Assembly (NCBI GenBank): GCA_964016885.1
Contig: OZ024743.1
Coordinates: forward strand, 60,326,001-60,390,000
Direction: 5' to 3'
From: Eledone cirrhosa
Lineage: Eukaryota
DNA length: 64,000 bases
The notes beneath the pieces are model-generated. The model ran no database searches, was not told the origin of the DNA, and saw nothing but the letters and a program-made list of their open reading frames with translations. This document shows, piece after piece, positions 1-11,092 of the stretch. Each line of letters opens with the position of its first letter. The stretch's first letter is position 1. The translations under genes were made by a program, and so were the position numbers.

Positions 1-259
1 AAATCCTCCAAGTGAATTCAAAAGGCTCGCAAAGCTTTTCCGCCTTTTTTTTTCTTTTTTTTTATTACAATAGTGGAATGTTTCGGGTGGTATGCTATCC
101 CTAGCAGCGGCTTTGTTTGATTACATTTGCTTCGTAGCCTGTTAAAGATTCTGTAAGTATAATACAAGAGAAATGTCTGGGATTTCTAATCATTTACTTT
201 ATTCCATACTCTTTTTGACGTCGGCGCTTTTATTATTTATCAATCCTCGGAGGTTACAG

Positions 260-740
260 AATACGATACCGCCACCAGACATAATGGTTTGTTGCGATAT
301 ATGTTGGCACCTGCCAGACAAATAAAAATATCCGGACAAACACCGGTAATGCACCACCTTCAACATTCGGCCATCAGAAGAAAGGAGGTATGTATGAAAT
401 CTAAACTCGTTATTTTCAATTCGGTATTCGTACCAACCATTACCTCTAGTTATGAATCTTGGGGAATGACTGAGCAAATATAAATACGAATTCCAGCAGC
501 AGCAGCCGAAATGGGGTTCCTTGGAAGCGTTTTTAAAATAAATTTACTCGATAGTGTGCGTAGCTCGGAAACCAGTAAGTTGCTGCACGTAGAGCTGTGA
601 TTTATTTGAATTGAAACAAGAGCTCCGATATTACTGACATGGGGCCAGAATGTCTAAGGAGAGAATCGTTGGACAAATTTTACATCCAAAATCAAACGGT
701 AGAAGACCCAGAGGTAGACCCCGAGCAAGATGGTGGAAGA
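260..740 (+). mobile_element. Degenerate 3' fragment of an RTE-clade (Expander/Rex3-like) LINE
   Basis: ORF 289-483 reads KSKLVIFNSVFVPTITSSYESWGMTEQI*IRIPAA..EMGFL, and 701-733 reads RRPRGRPRARW. Both resemble the RTE post-RT C-terminus; stops and frameshifts present. Confidence 0.7.
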
Positions 741-912
741 AGAATAGGTTTTATCCTTAATCAAGGTTGTGTGTGAATGTCGTATTTTTCTATATGATGT
801 TTAACATTTAAGTTATCACCAAACCAATCCTGACACTTCTGTTCTGTGATGCCATCTAGGGTGTTGGGCGTGTTACAAGATTACAAAGTTGCATCTATCA
901 ACTATCCTTTCA

Positions 913-920
<8 letters not shown>

Positions 921-1003
<83 letters not shown>

Positions 1004-1040
1004 CTCTCTCTCCCCACCTCTCTCTTCCTCTCTCTCTCTC
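921..1040. repeat. (CT)n microsatellite; dozens of other (TA)n, (CA)n and (CT)n tracts occur across the window
   Basis: Directly visible dinucleotide repeat. Confidence 0.98.
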
Positions 1041-1529
1041 GTGCATTACATGTAAAGTTTGAAAGATTCAATTCTTATATCCGGCTAATTAATCATGTTA
1101 TCTATTGCCCCGAATGACTGTTGTTTTAGATCATACAGCAGTACCATTGAAGTCATATTTTTTTTTTCACTTCGTCAAGTTGCTGAGAATGTTCGTGAGA
1201 AAAATCCTGAAATGTATTTTTTTTATAGATCTAACCATAGATCTAACCACAGAAATTCGTTTTGAACTGTTCTAAAATAAATCGGTATACCTGAAATAAA
1301 TGTTATATATTATAGTTTCCTTTCCTAAATGACTGAAACCTGTTGTTTCCGAGGGTCAACATTCAGGCTCCTTCGACGTTTCATATGGTACAAAACAAGT
1401 GTGTGTCATAGTCCCAGTTCTTTCTGTCATACTGCATTATGCTTATGGCGACAACGAAATGGGCGTATAATTTCAATTCCTTACTAATAGCTACCTAATC
1501 AGTTATCATTGCTTTAAAGTAAAAATACT

Positions 1530-1920
1530 TGGCAATGATACGGGGCATTTTATTTGCTGATAATACTGCTCTTGCTACAACATCTATCAAAGAAACTCAA
1601 TAACTTGTTAATAAATTCTCAAAGACGAGTTATTCATTAAGGCTCACCATCATAAACACACCCAGCAGACATGAAATACACATAAATCAGAGGTATAAAA
1701 CATCAATAAAGTGTTCAACAATTCCATACCACTCACATTCTGATCGATACATAGCTTGAGAACGTGGTGATCTCAAGCGTTACTGTTGATGAAATAGTCA
1801 ACCACATATTCTAAGCTTTAAATGCTTTCAGCAAATGTTGACAATGTCTCTGGGTCGAACGATGAATCTCTTCGAAACGGAAACTAAATTCTAGCAAGCC
1901 GGTCCATTCACCTGTACTGA
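1530..1920 (+). mobile_element. Highly decayed RTE/BovB-like RT fragment
   Basis: Translates to LFADNTALATTSIKETQ*LVNKFSK..LTI (RTE motif C region LFADDxAL) and AFSKC*QCLWVER (cf. AFGRLxxRVW). Confidence 0.55.
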
Positions 1921-2069
1921 ACGCAATGTATTATTGCGAATGGTTATATTTATTTGATATATATTTATCGTAACGAGCTCTCTTTGTCTTCAAATGTACT
2001 ATTACTTCAAATTACTATATATATATATATATATATATATATGCATATATATATGTGCATATATATGTG

Positions 2070-2129
<60 letters not shown>

Positions 2130-2132
<3 letters not shown>

Positions 2133-2370
2133 ATATTTAATTTGTTGGTAATTCATCAAATATATTTATAACAGATTTGAAGCACTCGACAAGTTTTCTG
2201 GAGTATAATATCAATGATATTAATAAATGGAAACTATATTAATAAAACCATATTTATTCTGTTATATATATTTCAAGGGTACCAAAACTTTGGGACGCAC
2301 TCATCAGATAAAATACAAAGTTTGTTTTATAAATAGTGATATACCCATGAATCAGACCTTAACAGTTCAA
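2130..2370 (-). mobile_element. Solo PLE pseudo-LTR fragment (family A) with HHR motif
   Basis: Reverse complement is visibly related to the pLTR at 27290-27500 and contains tattttat-CTGATGA-stem II-GAAA-tatatata. It abuts (TA)n. Confidence 0.8.
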
Positions 2371-2638
2371 CTATAATATATAGAGTGGCGGACCGGGTCT
2401 AAAAATATTGGTTGCCAGGAGATGAAGGAGGAGCCACCTACATATAGAATGCTATCATTTAATTTTTGTAATGAATAAATAACCTTTGCGAAAAATACAT
2501 CAGTGGAAACAAAACAGTGCAATAAAATGTTTGTAGAAAAATATCTTATCATCTCCACTAAAAAATATGGATTTTGCGAAATCCAGAGACTTTCAACAAT
2601 GACCAGAAGTCGACCCTAAATATTACTAATAGCTCTAG

Positions 2639-3017
2639 GAAAGCCATGAACGACACCACATCTTTTTAACTTTGATTTTGAAAGTAGATTTATAATTATC
2701 AATTTTCATTATACGTTTGTATCTGTCTCGCTGGCCTAGTTGGAGGAATGATAGATTGTAGTGATCTTGGTCTGAAGTTCGATCGTGGACAGGAGTAGGG
2801 TTACCGGTAAACCTTTTCTATTGGTTGTAAAATAAAAACTGAAAAAGGTTACATGCACCTCTTGACCAGCTTTGAACCCAAGGTCAGGCTCTCCGCCGTC
2901 TCTAGTACCTACCACTATGCCACAGAGACAAGTACGAAAATCTTATGAAAATTCATACTTATAAACCTACTTACAAAATTTTCAAAACAAAGTGTTGTGG
3001 TGTCGTTCATGTCTTTC
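2639..3017. mobile_element. Non-autonomous TIR element containing two convergent tRNA-like heads
   Basis: 22-bp TIR gaaagccatgaacgacaccaca / tgtggtgtcgttcatgtctttc (1 mismatch). A/B-box-like motifs on + (~2724-2790) and - (~2860-2935). Confidence 0.6.
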
Positions 3018-3169
3018 ATAATATTATTGCTCCTATTTAATGTCGACTTCTAAATCATTTGGGCGTTCTATTAGTTCCATTAGTTACATCCTCGTTTTGT
3101 TTCACATCTTTCTAGACTATATTTTAACCTGTAATCCATGTTTCATTTCTGGTGCACCACATTTCTCCC

Positions 3170-3252
<83 letters not shown>

Positions 3253-3441
3253 CCTCTCTCTCTCTCTCTATCTCCGTGATATTTGAATCTACTATTATTT
3301 GGCCCTACTTTATTCATATGTATATATATACAAGGGGGGTGCCCCAGCATGGCCTCAGCCGGATGGCTGAAACAGGTAAAATAAAAGAGTAAAAGAGTAC
3401 ACATGTTTTTGCATGTTAGATTCAAACTTACAATGACTGAC

Positions 3442-3509
<68 letters not shown>

Positions 3510-3512
<3 letters not shown>

Positions 3513-3740
3513 TGGCGGACTAGGTCTAAAAATATTGGTTGCCAGTTCAAGGGGGTCCACCTACATATAGAAAAGTATGATTTAATTTTGATAAAGTATA
3601 AATAACATTTTCAAAAATACATAAGCGGAAACAAAACAGTGCAATCAAATTTTTGCGGGAAAATATCTTACCTTCTCCAATAAAGGATATTATATATTTT
3701 GCGTTATCCAGAAACTTAGTGTCCAGAGACTTTCAATAAT
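3510..3740 (+). repeat. Dispersed repeat, second copy at ~2383-2600; begins CAGTGGCGGA (DNA-transposon-like end)
   Basis: agtggcggac..ggtctaaaaatattggttgccag...ccacctacatatagaa is shared between the two loci. Confidence 0.7.
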
Positions 3741-3767
3741 CACCTTTGGTCTATATATATATATATA

Positions 3768-3967
3768 TGAAAAACCACAGACCCTCCATCTCAACTCACC
3801 TTTTGAAAAGCAGAAGAACTGCGAAACCGGTAAAGGAACCAAATAAATTTTTTTTTTTTTTCAAAAAATAAGACTCCAGTTCCATTTTTGATTTCATCTC
3901 TTTTTCTTTATACTTTCACTCGTGTAGGACACCTCGGTTATTTTTCATTTTGTAAAAAAAACCTCAC

Positions 3968-3975
<8 letters not shown>
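3768..3975 (+). mobile_element. Solo pLTR of the Neptune-like PLE, with U3-A8 HHR (3799-3836)
   Basis: Near-identical to 23555-23695 and to the reverse complement of 20787-20990; flanked by (TA)n. Confidence 0.85.
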
Positions 3976-4019
<44 letters not shown>

Positions 4020-4106
4020 ATACACCACTTTCAGCACTAATTGATTTGACAGATGTCTTTAACCCGTTGATACCAAATATTATTTGGTCTGTAGTTTGTG
4101 TGTAAG

Positions 4107-4140
<34 letters not shown>

Positions 4141-4160
4141 TTGGTGCTCTAAAATATATA

Positions 4161-4670
4161 TAAATATAAGTATGTATACGTACATAAATATATGTATACA
4201 GACGTACAGTAGTATGTATATATATATACATACATGTACACATATATATATATATGTACGTATGGGTTTACCGAACATCTATTATAATGTTCGGTTTGTT
4301 TGTAAACAAACAGCCCGAATTAAGCCGTACAGTGTTCGGCAACCATCGTTGCTCTTTTGTTCAACACTGACAAAGGAACAATCAACTAGTTTCTAGCTTA
4401 TCAGCTGTCATCAGCACCGTATACCTTCCTGTCAGTTGATTGAACATTTGAAAGTATATACTTTCCTTATGCATATTAACGGCTGAGCAGCCTAATTTGC
4501 ATATCGAGTGAGTTAGTCGACCGGGCGTACCGAAAACGATAAATGGAAAAAATGAAATTTCATTTCCCACTCTTAGTACGACTGATACTTAAATATAAGT
4601 ATGTATACGTACATAGATATATGTATACAGACGTACAGTACTATGTATATACATACATACATACATGCAA
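4161..4670 (-). mobile_element. Family E: non-coding ~429-nt HHR repeat (retrozyme-like), about 1.2 tandem units
   Basis: taaatataagtatgtatacgtacat..acagacgtacagta recurs at 4161 and 4590. The minus strand carries CTGATGA-cagct-gata-agcta-GAAAC-TA-GTT at 4381-4417. No ORF. Confidence 0.75.
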
Positions 4671-4887
4671 ACATCGTATATTTTGGTTTTAATTAATTCC
4701 CTTGGGAATTAGTTGACCAAATGCTTTGCTTAATTGTCTTGTTTATGTATTAAAAGGAATTCTTCTTTATCTTAGATTTCAGGTATTTTTCGAATGCATA
4801 GCATTGGCCTCTAAAATACTACAGTGGGCCCTGTATATATATATATATTCCGCCCGTCCTCTCATACTATTTTATTTCTCATGTTCT

Positions 4888-4923
4888 CCTCTGATGAAGG
4901 ACTAACGTCCGAAACGTTAAGAC
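4888..4923 (+). ncRNA. Minimal type I hammerhead ribozyme motif
   Basis: CTGATGA-a-GGAC-taac-GTCC-GAAACGTTA with palindromic stem III (AACGTT); stem I is weak. Confidence 0.7.
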
Positions 4924-5931
4924 CTTCTTCCTGCTATATCAAGCGTTAACCTAATACATCCCTTCCATATACTGTACCGATATGTATATATATATATATA
5001 GATTTACACTTTCAAAATAACAAAAGACCAAGTTTAGCAAAGTTTGAATTTTGTAATTTTGAATATTAATGCTCTGCTACCGGAAATATCCTTAACAAGA
5101 ACGGTTTCTTTCGAAGACTTATACGTCTATGTTTTACTCCTTATGAGCTGAGGAGTTTAGTGTGCATAGAGCTTCTGTCACCTTCTGAAATATGATAGTG
5201 AAATACTCCAATATAACATATATAGGTGTGTATGTGTAAAGGATAGTACTTGTACATACTCTATGTTGTTAATGTTATTGTATAATGTTAAATGGCTTGT
5301 TCTATATCATAAAGCACAGTTTAGTTTCTCAGTTACTGTTTCCCATATAGAAGTAAATATTTCAAATATGTAATAGCTTTAAGTGTTAGTAAAATGAACT
5401 AGTGTAGATTGATGTGTCGTTTCGGTATTTGCTAAAATGGCTACTGTCACAAATCCGTCTTTCATCATAAATTATGCTATAGTGTCCTTGCATTATTTAA
5501 ATTTTCACCTGCTATACTGCGCAAAAGGCTGATCTAAACATTATCAACTCTCAGAATTTAATCGTCAAATATATTTTTCAGTCTCGTTGCCTTACGATCT
5601 TACAATAATTCTGTTGTTCGTAATTTTCTTTTCTGGTGGCAATATAATATGCACAATGCATATGCTAGCAAAATCCGCCCTAAGGGCGCTTTTTCTGGTA
5701 GTAACATTAATAAAGATGCTGATGTTACATATGTCTGCTGGACGCACGAGCAGAAGGACCTAATATTCCTATTGACGGCATATCACAATATCGAATTTCT
5801 GAGGATGTCGTTCGCATAACAACAACATCTTGATTGCATGGGAGAACCGTCGAAATAATTATAAAGAATAAACGATTCATCTAACATCAGCATCATTATT
5901 AATGTTATCATAATATATATTATGATAACGT

Positions 5932-5962
<31 letters not shown>

Positions 5963-6673
5963 ACAAATTTGGTATAAATATCCATAAATATCCAAGAGAA
6001 AGAGCACTCAGTCCGTAGGACGTGTTAAATACAATTAGTTACAAAAGTGACATATACATGTACTTAAGTACATGTATATGTCACTGTTGTAACTAAATAC
6101 ACACACACATATAAATATGTTTAGTAAATCTGTGTATGTGTGTGTGGGGGCGTGTGTGTGTGGGGGGAGGGTGAAAATTAATTTCATATATATATGTATT
6201 AATCAAGTAAAGAAAATGGTTGATCAAATGATCCACCACCTTTAGTTGTAATCAGACGTAAAGCATTCTACGACCTGGTTCATTAAAGTATTGTCTATAA
6301 GGTATGAACTGGAGCGTCAATATTATAAGTAAATTATCCGAACTAATTGTTTATCATATATGAACCAGAGTGACTAACGCCTCTGGTAATTTGATATGTT
6401 GGCCTACCCACCATCCCAAAAGTGTTAACAGTATTCGTATCTACTGCACCCTGCCTGCTAATAAAAATAGTCATGTGACTATTGGAGTGGCCTACAACTA
6501 ACATGCTCCTAACTACAGTAGCATCTCAAAAAGAAAAATACTAAACCTTTGCACCTCCCTGAAAGAAAAGATCACTCCAAATGATTATTATTTAATCATT
6601 TTAACGTATTCGAAATACGTATAACCGGATTATATAATGAAGTGATCCTGCCCATTTAGCGATCCCACTTCTT

Positions 6674-6749
<76 letters not shown>

Positions 6750-6751
<2 letters not shown>

Positions 6752-6866
6752 AAAATGAAATTTCATTTCTCACTCTTAGTACGGCTGATACTTAAATGTA
6801 AGTATGTATACCTACATATATATATGTATACAGACGTACAGTAGTATGTATATACATACATACATG

Positions 6867-6953
<87 letters not shown>

Positions 6954-7220
6954 GTATGGGTTTACCGAACATTTATTATAATGCTCGGTTTGTTTGTAAA
7001 TAAACAGCCCGAATTATTAGCTGTACAGTGTTCGGCAACCATCGCTGCTCTATTTGTTCAACACTGACAAAGGAACAATGAACTAGTTTCAAGCTTATTA
7101 GCTGTCATCAGCCCCGTATACCTTCATGTCAGTTGATTGAACGTTTGAAAGTATATACTTTCCTTATGCATATTAACGGCTGGGCAACCTAATTTGCATA
7201 TCCAGTGAGTTAGTCGGCCG
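6750..7220 (-). mobile_element. Family E retrozyme-like copy, different permutation, HHR at ~7078-7114
   Basis: Starts with aaatgaaatttcatttctcactcttagtacg, which in the 4161 copy lies downstream of the HHR. Confidence 0.75.
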
Positions 7221-7508
7221 GTCTTATTGAACATGGATTTACTGAACATGGGTTTACCGAACATTTATTATAATTTCATTTTTTCCATAATTTTTTATTT
7301 GTTTTTGTATTCGTTTATTTTTTCCCTTTAACTCTTTATTCAAACAGCAAGTATACTTATGCCACCCGTTGATTTATCAATCATATCAACCTTCAATATT
7401 TATCGTTAAGGTTTTCAAACAGCTACATTACGCGACATAAACTCAGACATAGAAACATCTATAGACATGGCACCTACACACATATATATAAACATACATA
7501 CACAGTCA

Positions 7509-7569
<61 letters not shown>

Positions 7570-8232
7570 CCTTTCTCTCTCTCTCACACACACACACACA
7601 TATATATATTGAACGCTTTTCTGCAGATTCCTTCTTTTAAATTTCACTTATAAGGAAAAGGTCAACCCAAGAATATAGTAAAAGGCCCTAGTTCAATATA
7701 GTATGCAACGAGATCTAACAGAAATTGTGATATGTTCACACAGCAAAAGAAAGAAAAACAGATTTTTATAACGTAAACATGTTTTCTTTGAGAGTGAGGT
7801 TCCTGTATATTAATTGTATATTAACATCGATATATGCATTCATATACACACCTATCATACTTAGCATTACCCTAGTGCTACTGTCAATTAATTATAAACA
7901 CCCAAGTGTGTAGTATATGAAAATGAGCATTTCCAGCTGATGTTATCTATTTACTAGAAGCAAATGTGAATCTCCACCAAATATTGAATAGGTAAAATTC
8001 TTAATATCTCAAGTCACTTTTCATCTCAGTACCACTTCGTGAACGTCTATCTCCTATTCTCTGTTGCGGTGCAAAGTTATCCTTTTATATAATTCTGCAA
8101 TAAACACATTATGGAATCTTCTAGTTTTACATCATAATCGGATGATAAGGCTCGGTCATCGAAATATATGTATAGCGATTTCACGGAATTAAAATTCTAA
8201 AGTAAATTTTCCGGCTCAGCATCTGTAATTTA

Positions 8233-8289
<57 letters not shown>

Positions 8290-8293
<4 letters not shown>

Positions 8294-8595
8294 TAAGTAT
8301 ACGTACATACATATTTGTATACATACGTCGTACAGTTGTATCTATATATATACATACATGCACACATATATTTACGTACGTATGGGTTTACCGAACATTT
8401 ATTATAATGTTCGGTTTGTTTGTAAACAAACAGCCCGAATTAAGCCGTACAGTGTTCGGCAACCATCGTTGCCCTTTTGTTCAACACTGCCAAAGGAATG
8501 ATAAACTAGTTTCAAGCTTATTAGCTATCGTCAGCACCGTCAGATGATTGAACGTTTAAAAGTATATACTTTCATTATGCATATTAACGGCTGGA
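8290..8595 (-). mobile_element. Family E retrozyme-like copy, HHR at ~8501-8537 (CTGACGA core)
   Basis: Homologous to 4165-4485 with an internal deletion; joined to the RTE fragment. Confidence 0.7.
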
Positions 8596-8599
8596 AAGT

Positions 8600-9410
8600 A
8601 TATACCAGTTGCTCTTGTTTGCGGTTTGATCACGAAGTTTGCCTTAGCGCATAGCAGCAGAGGGTCTGTCCAGCACTCTGCACCACGCAGAGCACGCACA
8701 TGCTTGATACCCTGCATGTGACATCTCTTCACAAGGACATAGTCGATCAGATTTGACACCTTCGACCAAGGGTGCATCCATGTTGTCTTGAACTTATCCT
8801 TTTTCTGGAACATCGCGCTTGAAATGAAAAAATCCAACCCCACACACATCTGCAGCAAGAGGAGACCGTTACATTTCCCTTTGCCATGTCTGCGATCACA
8901 TGCCAAGTCTCATAATCCCTGCCGACGCGTACGTTGAAATCACCAAGTACGACAATTTTGTCTGCTGAAGGAATCTTTTTAACGCATTCTTTCAAAGACC
9001 TGTAAAAGGTAAGTTTCTCGTCTTCATTGGAGTTCATCATCGGAGCATATACACTGACAATGGTAAGGTAGCGATTGTACATCAGAGGAATTCTCATTGC
9101 CATAAAACAATCACTGATGCCACTTGGAAACTGTTCAATTGTCGACACCAAAGACGTTTTAATTGCAAAAGCCACACCTGCCTCCTTTTTGCATCCCGCT
9201 GCTCTGCCACTCCAGTTAAACGTATAGCCACTGGATATCTCAGTGATATGATCCTCTTCGAGTAGCCTTGTTTCAGATAAGGCAGCAATATCCATATCCA
9301 TATTGTATCGTCCCAGCTCTTTGTCAACAAGAGCTGATCTTTCTGTTCGTGATTCTGAAGACACCAAATCTAATAAGAGCCGGATGTTCCAGCAGCCAAT
9401 ATTCATAGGA

Positions 9411-9415
<5 letters not shown>
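8600..9415 (-). pseudogene. APE endonuclease region of an RTE/BovB-like LINE, frameshifted and truncated
   Basis: MNIGCWNIR, DIAALSETRL, GVAFAIK, IVSVYAPM, VLGDFNVRVG; next frame KFKTTWMHPWSK..LIDYVLV..GAECWTD. Confidence 0.92.
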
Positions 9416-9468
<53 letters not shown>

Positions 9469-9529
9469 CACGCGTATGTGTGTAAATGTATCGATCAGTC
9501 TGTATATGTCTGTGTGTGCTTAGTCAATA

Positions 9530-10495
9530 GGTCCTTATGAATAATGAAATGGGGGCAATTACATATTTAATTTAAGAAATAGTTTTTCTTTCTTTATTCT
9601 GTTTTGTTGTGTGAAAGAACCTGAGTACTTATAAAGGGGGGAATGTTAATGTTGGGTATGGTCAATCCTGCACAATCTGCAATGTGGCTACTTGAGGGGA
9701 TTTTTCTTGTGTTTACGTCTGCGATTTGTTGGCGATGGATGGTCATTCTTCTGCATAATTACATACCCGTTAATCCTATGTAGTTATGTCGACACCCAGC
9801 GTGTGTGTGATTATGTAGCCTAGGTTCTCTGAGTTGCAGGTGAAATTGCTTTCACTGTAAACGTTGGGCCATACTTTAATGGGAATTTTTGTCCTTCTAT
9901 TAAGTATAGGCTTGTGTCACAGCTGGTTCTTTGTTACCGTATGGGTGGAGATTGTTTTGTGTATATTTGATCCAGTGAGAATGTGTTTTAATGATTTGGG
10001 CTGTATTTTACTTTTAATGTCATGTGTGTTTCTAGGATTATTGTTCATTTTATGTCATCTTCAAAAATAGAATGGCAAGGTTTTTGTATAGGTGGTGAAA
10101 CATTTCGGTTTTTCTGTGGTTGATGTTGGATACATATGGTAAGTTTCGTAGTTCTGTGCTTTGGAGTGTTAAGTTGAAGAAAATTGACCTGTTTTGCTCT
10201 GCCTATTCCGTTATTAATTATGCAAAATGGGAATGCTCTTAAGGTAAGTGAGTTTTTTATTTCATTTCGTCGTTGTTCCAGTTAAGTTGGGTCTGACACT
10301 ACGGTGCATTCACGTTTGGCTAAGTTAAAAGGAATGTTAAGTTTTATATGTTTTGGGTGGCTTGATATGAGGAGGAGGTCCACTTTGGAGTCCGTGTGTT
10401 TATAAAAGATGTCTGTTTATATTTTCCCATTTGCTTTTAAAATAAGGATATCCAAGATGGCTAATTCCTTGGAGATAGATCCCATTGGGAATTGT
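9530..10495 (-). mobile_element. Decayed Neptune-like PLE (RT thumb plus GIY-YIG)
   Basis: Minus strand reads ILDILI..TDIFYKHTDSK..SSHPKHIKLNIPFNLAKR and FTCNSENLGYII..RRMTIHRQQI, homologous to ORF 21648-22163. Confidence 0.8.
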
Positions 10496-10771
10496 ATATA
10501 TCTATCTATCTATATATATATATTCTGTATGTTAATTAAGTGCAAACACAAAACCAGCCATGTATATCTTTACTATCTCTAATCCTTCTATAGATTTAGA
10601 AAAATAACCAACGTCAAATAATGTATTCTATAAAAATGTCAAAACAACAGATGGGAATCTAATTACCCACTGCTATCAAAAATGTCTATCCACTCCCTTA
10701 ACTATTCTTCTAACAACTTCACTCCTCCCTCTTAATATTCTCTATAAAAACCAAACAAGTTCTCAATGAGA

Positions 10772-10892
10772 TTATTCTGATGAAATGATAGTTGAAAATA
10801 GCATTGAAATATTGAGTGTCTGCATAATTAATACTTTGTAGATAGCAGCTGTTTTCAGGTTATATAACTGTTATTGAAACACGTGTCAATAA
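10772..10892 (+). ncRNA. Type I HHR with ~90-nt stem II (5' pLTR of PLE-1)
   Basis: ttatt-CTGATGA-[aatgatagtt..aactgttatt; tgaaaatagc..gctgttttca; tgtctgca..tgtagata]-GAAAC-ACGT-GTC-aataa. Confidence 0.8.
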
Positions 10893-11092
10893 ATTCCTTT
10901 TACTGAACTGTATCCATTTAAATCCTTCTATTTTCTCCGGATTACTTTTGAAACTACAACTGGAACCGTCGAGCAAACCCTACGTGAGCTGTCCATCTAC
11001 TGTGTGTAATGTTCATATTACAACACTACGGAAAATACTATATTTACCTCATGTAAAGTTGAGCAACCCACTCAGCAAACGTAACGACAACA

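Noticed and set aside
2724-2935. tRNA genes
   Set aside because: Only A/B-box similarity; acceptor and anticodon stems do not form a convincing cloverleaf.
6550-6630. Possible HHR (ctgaaag...gaaatacgtata)
   Set aside because: Core and stem I too degenerate to support.
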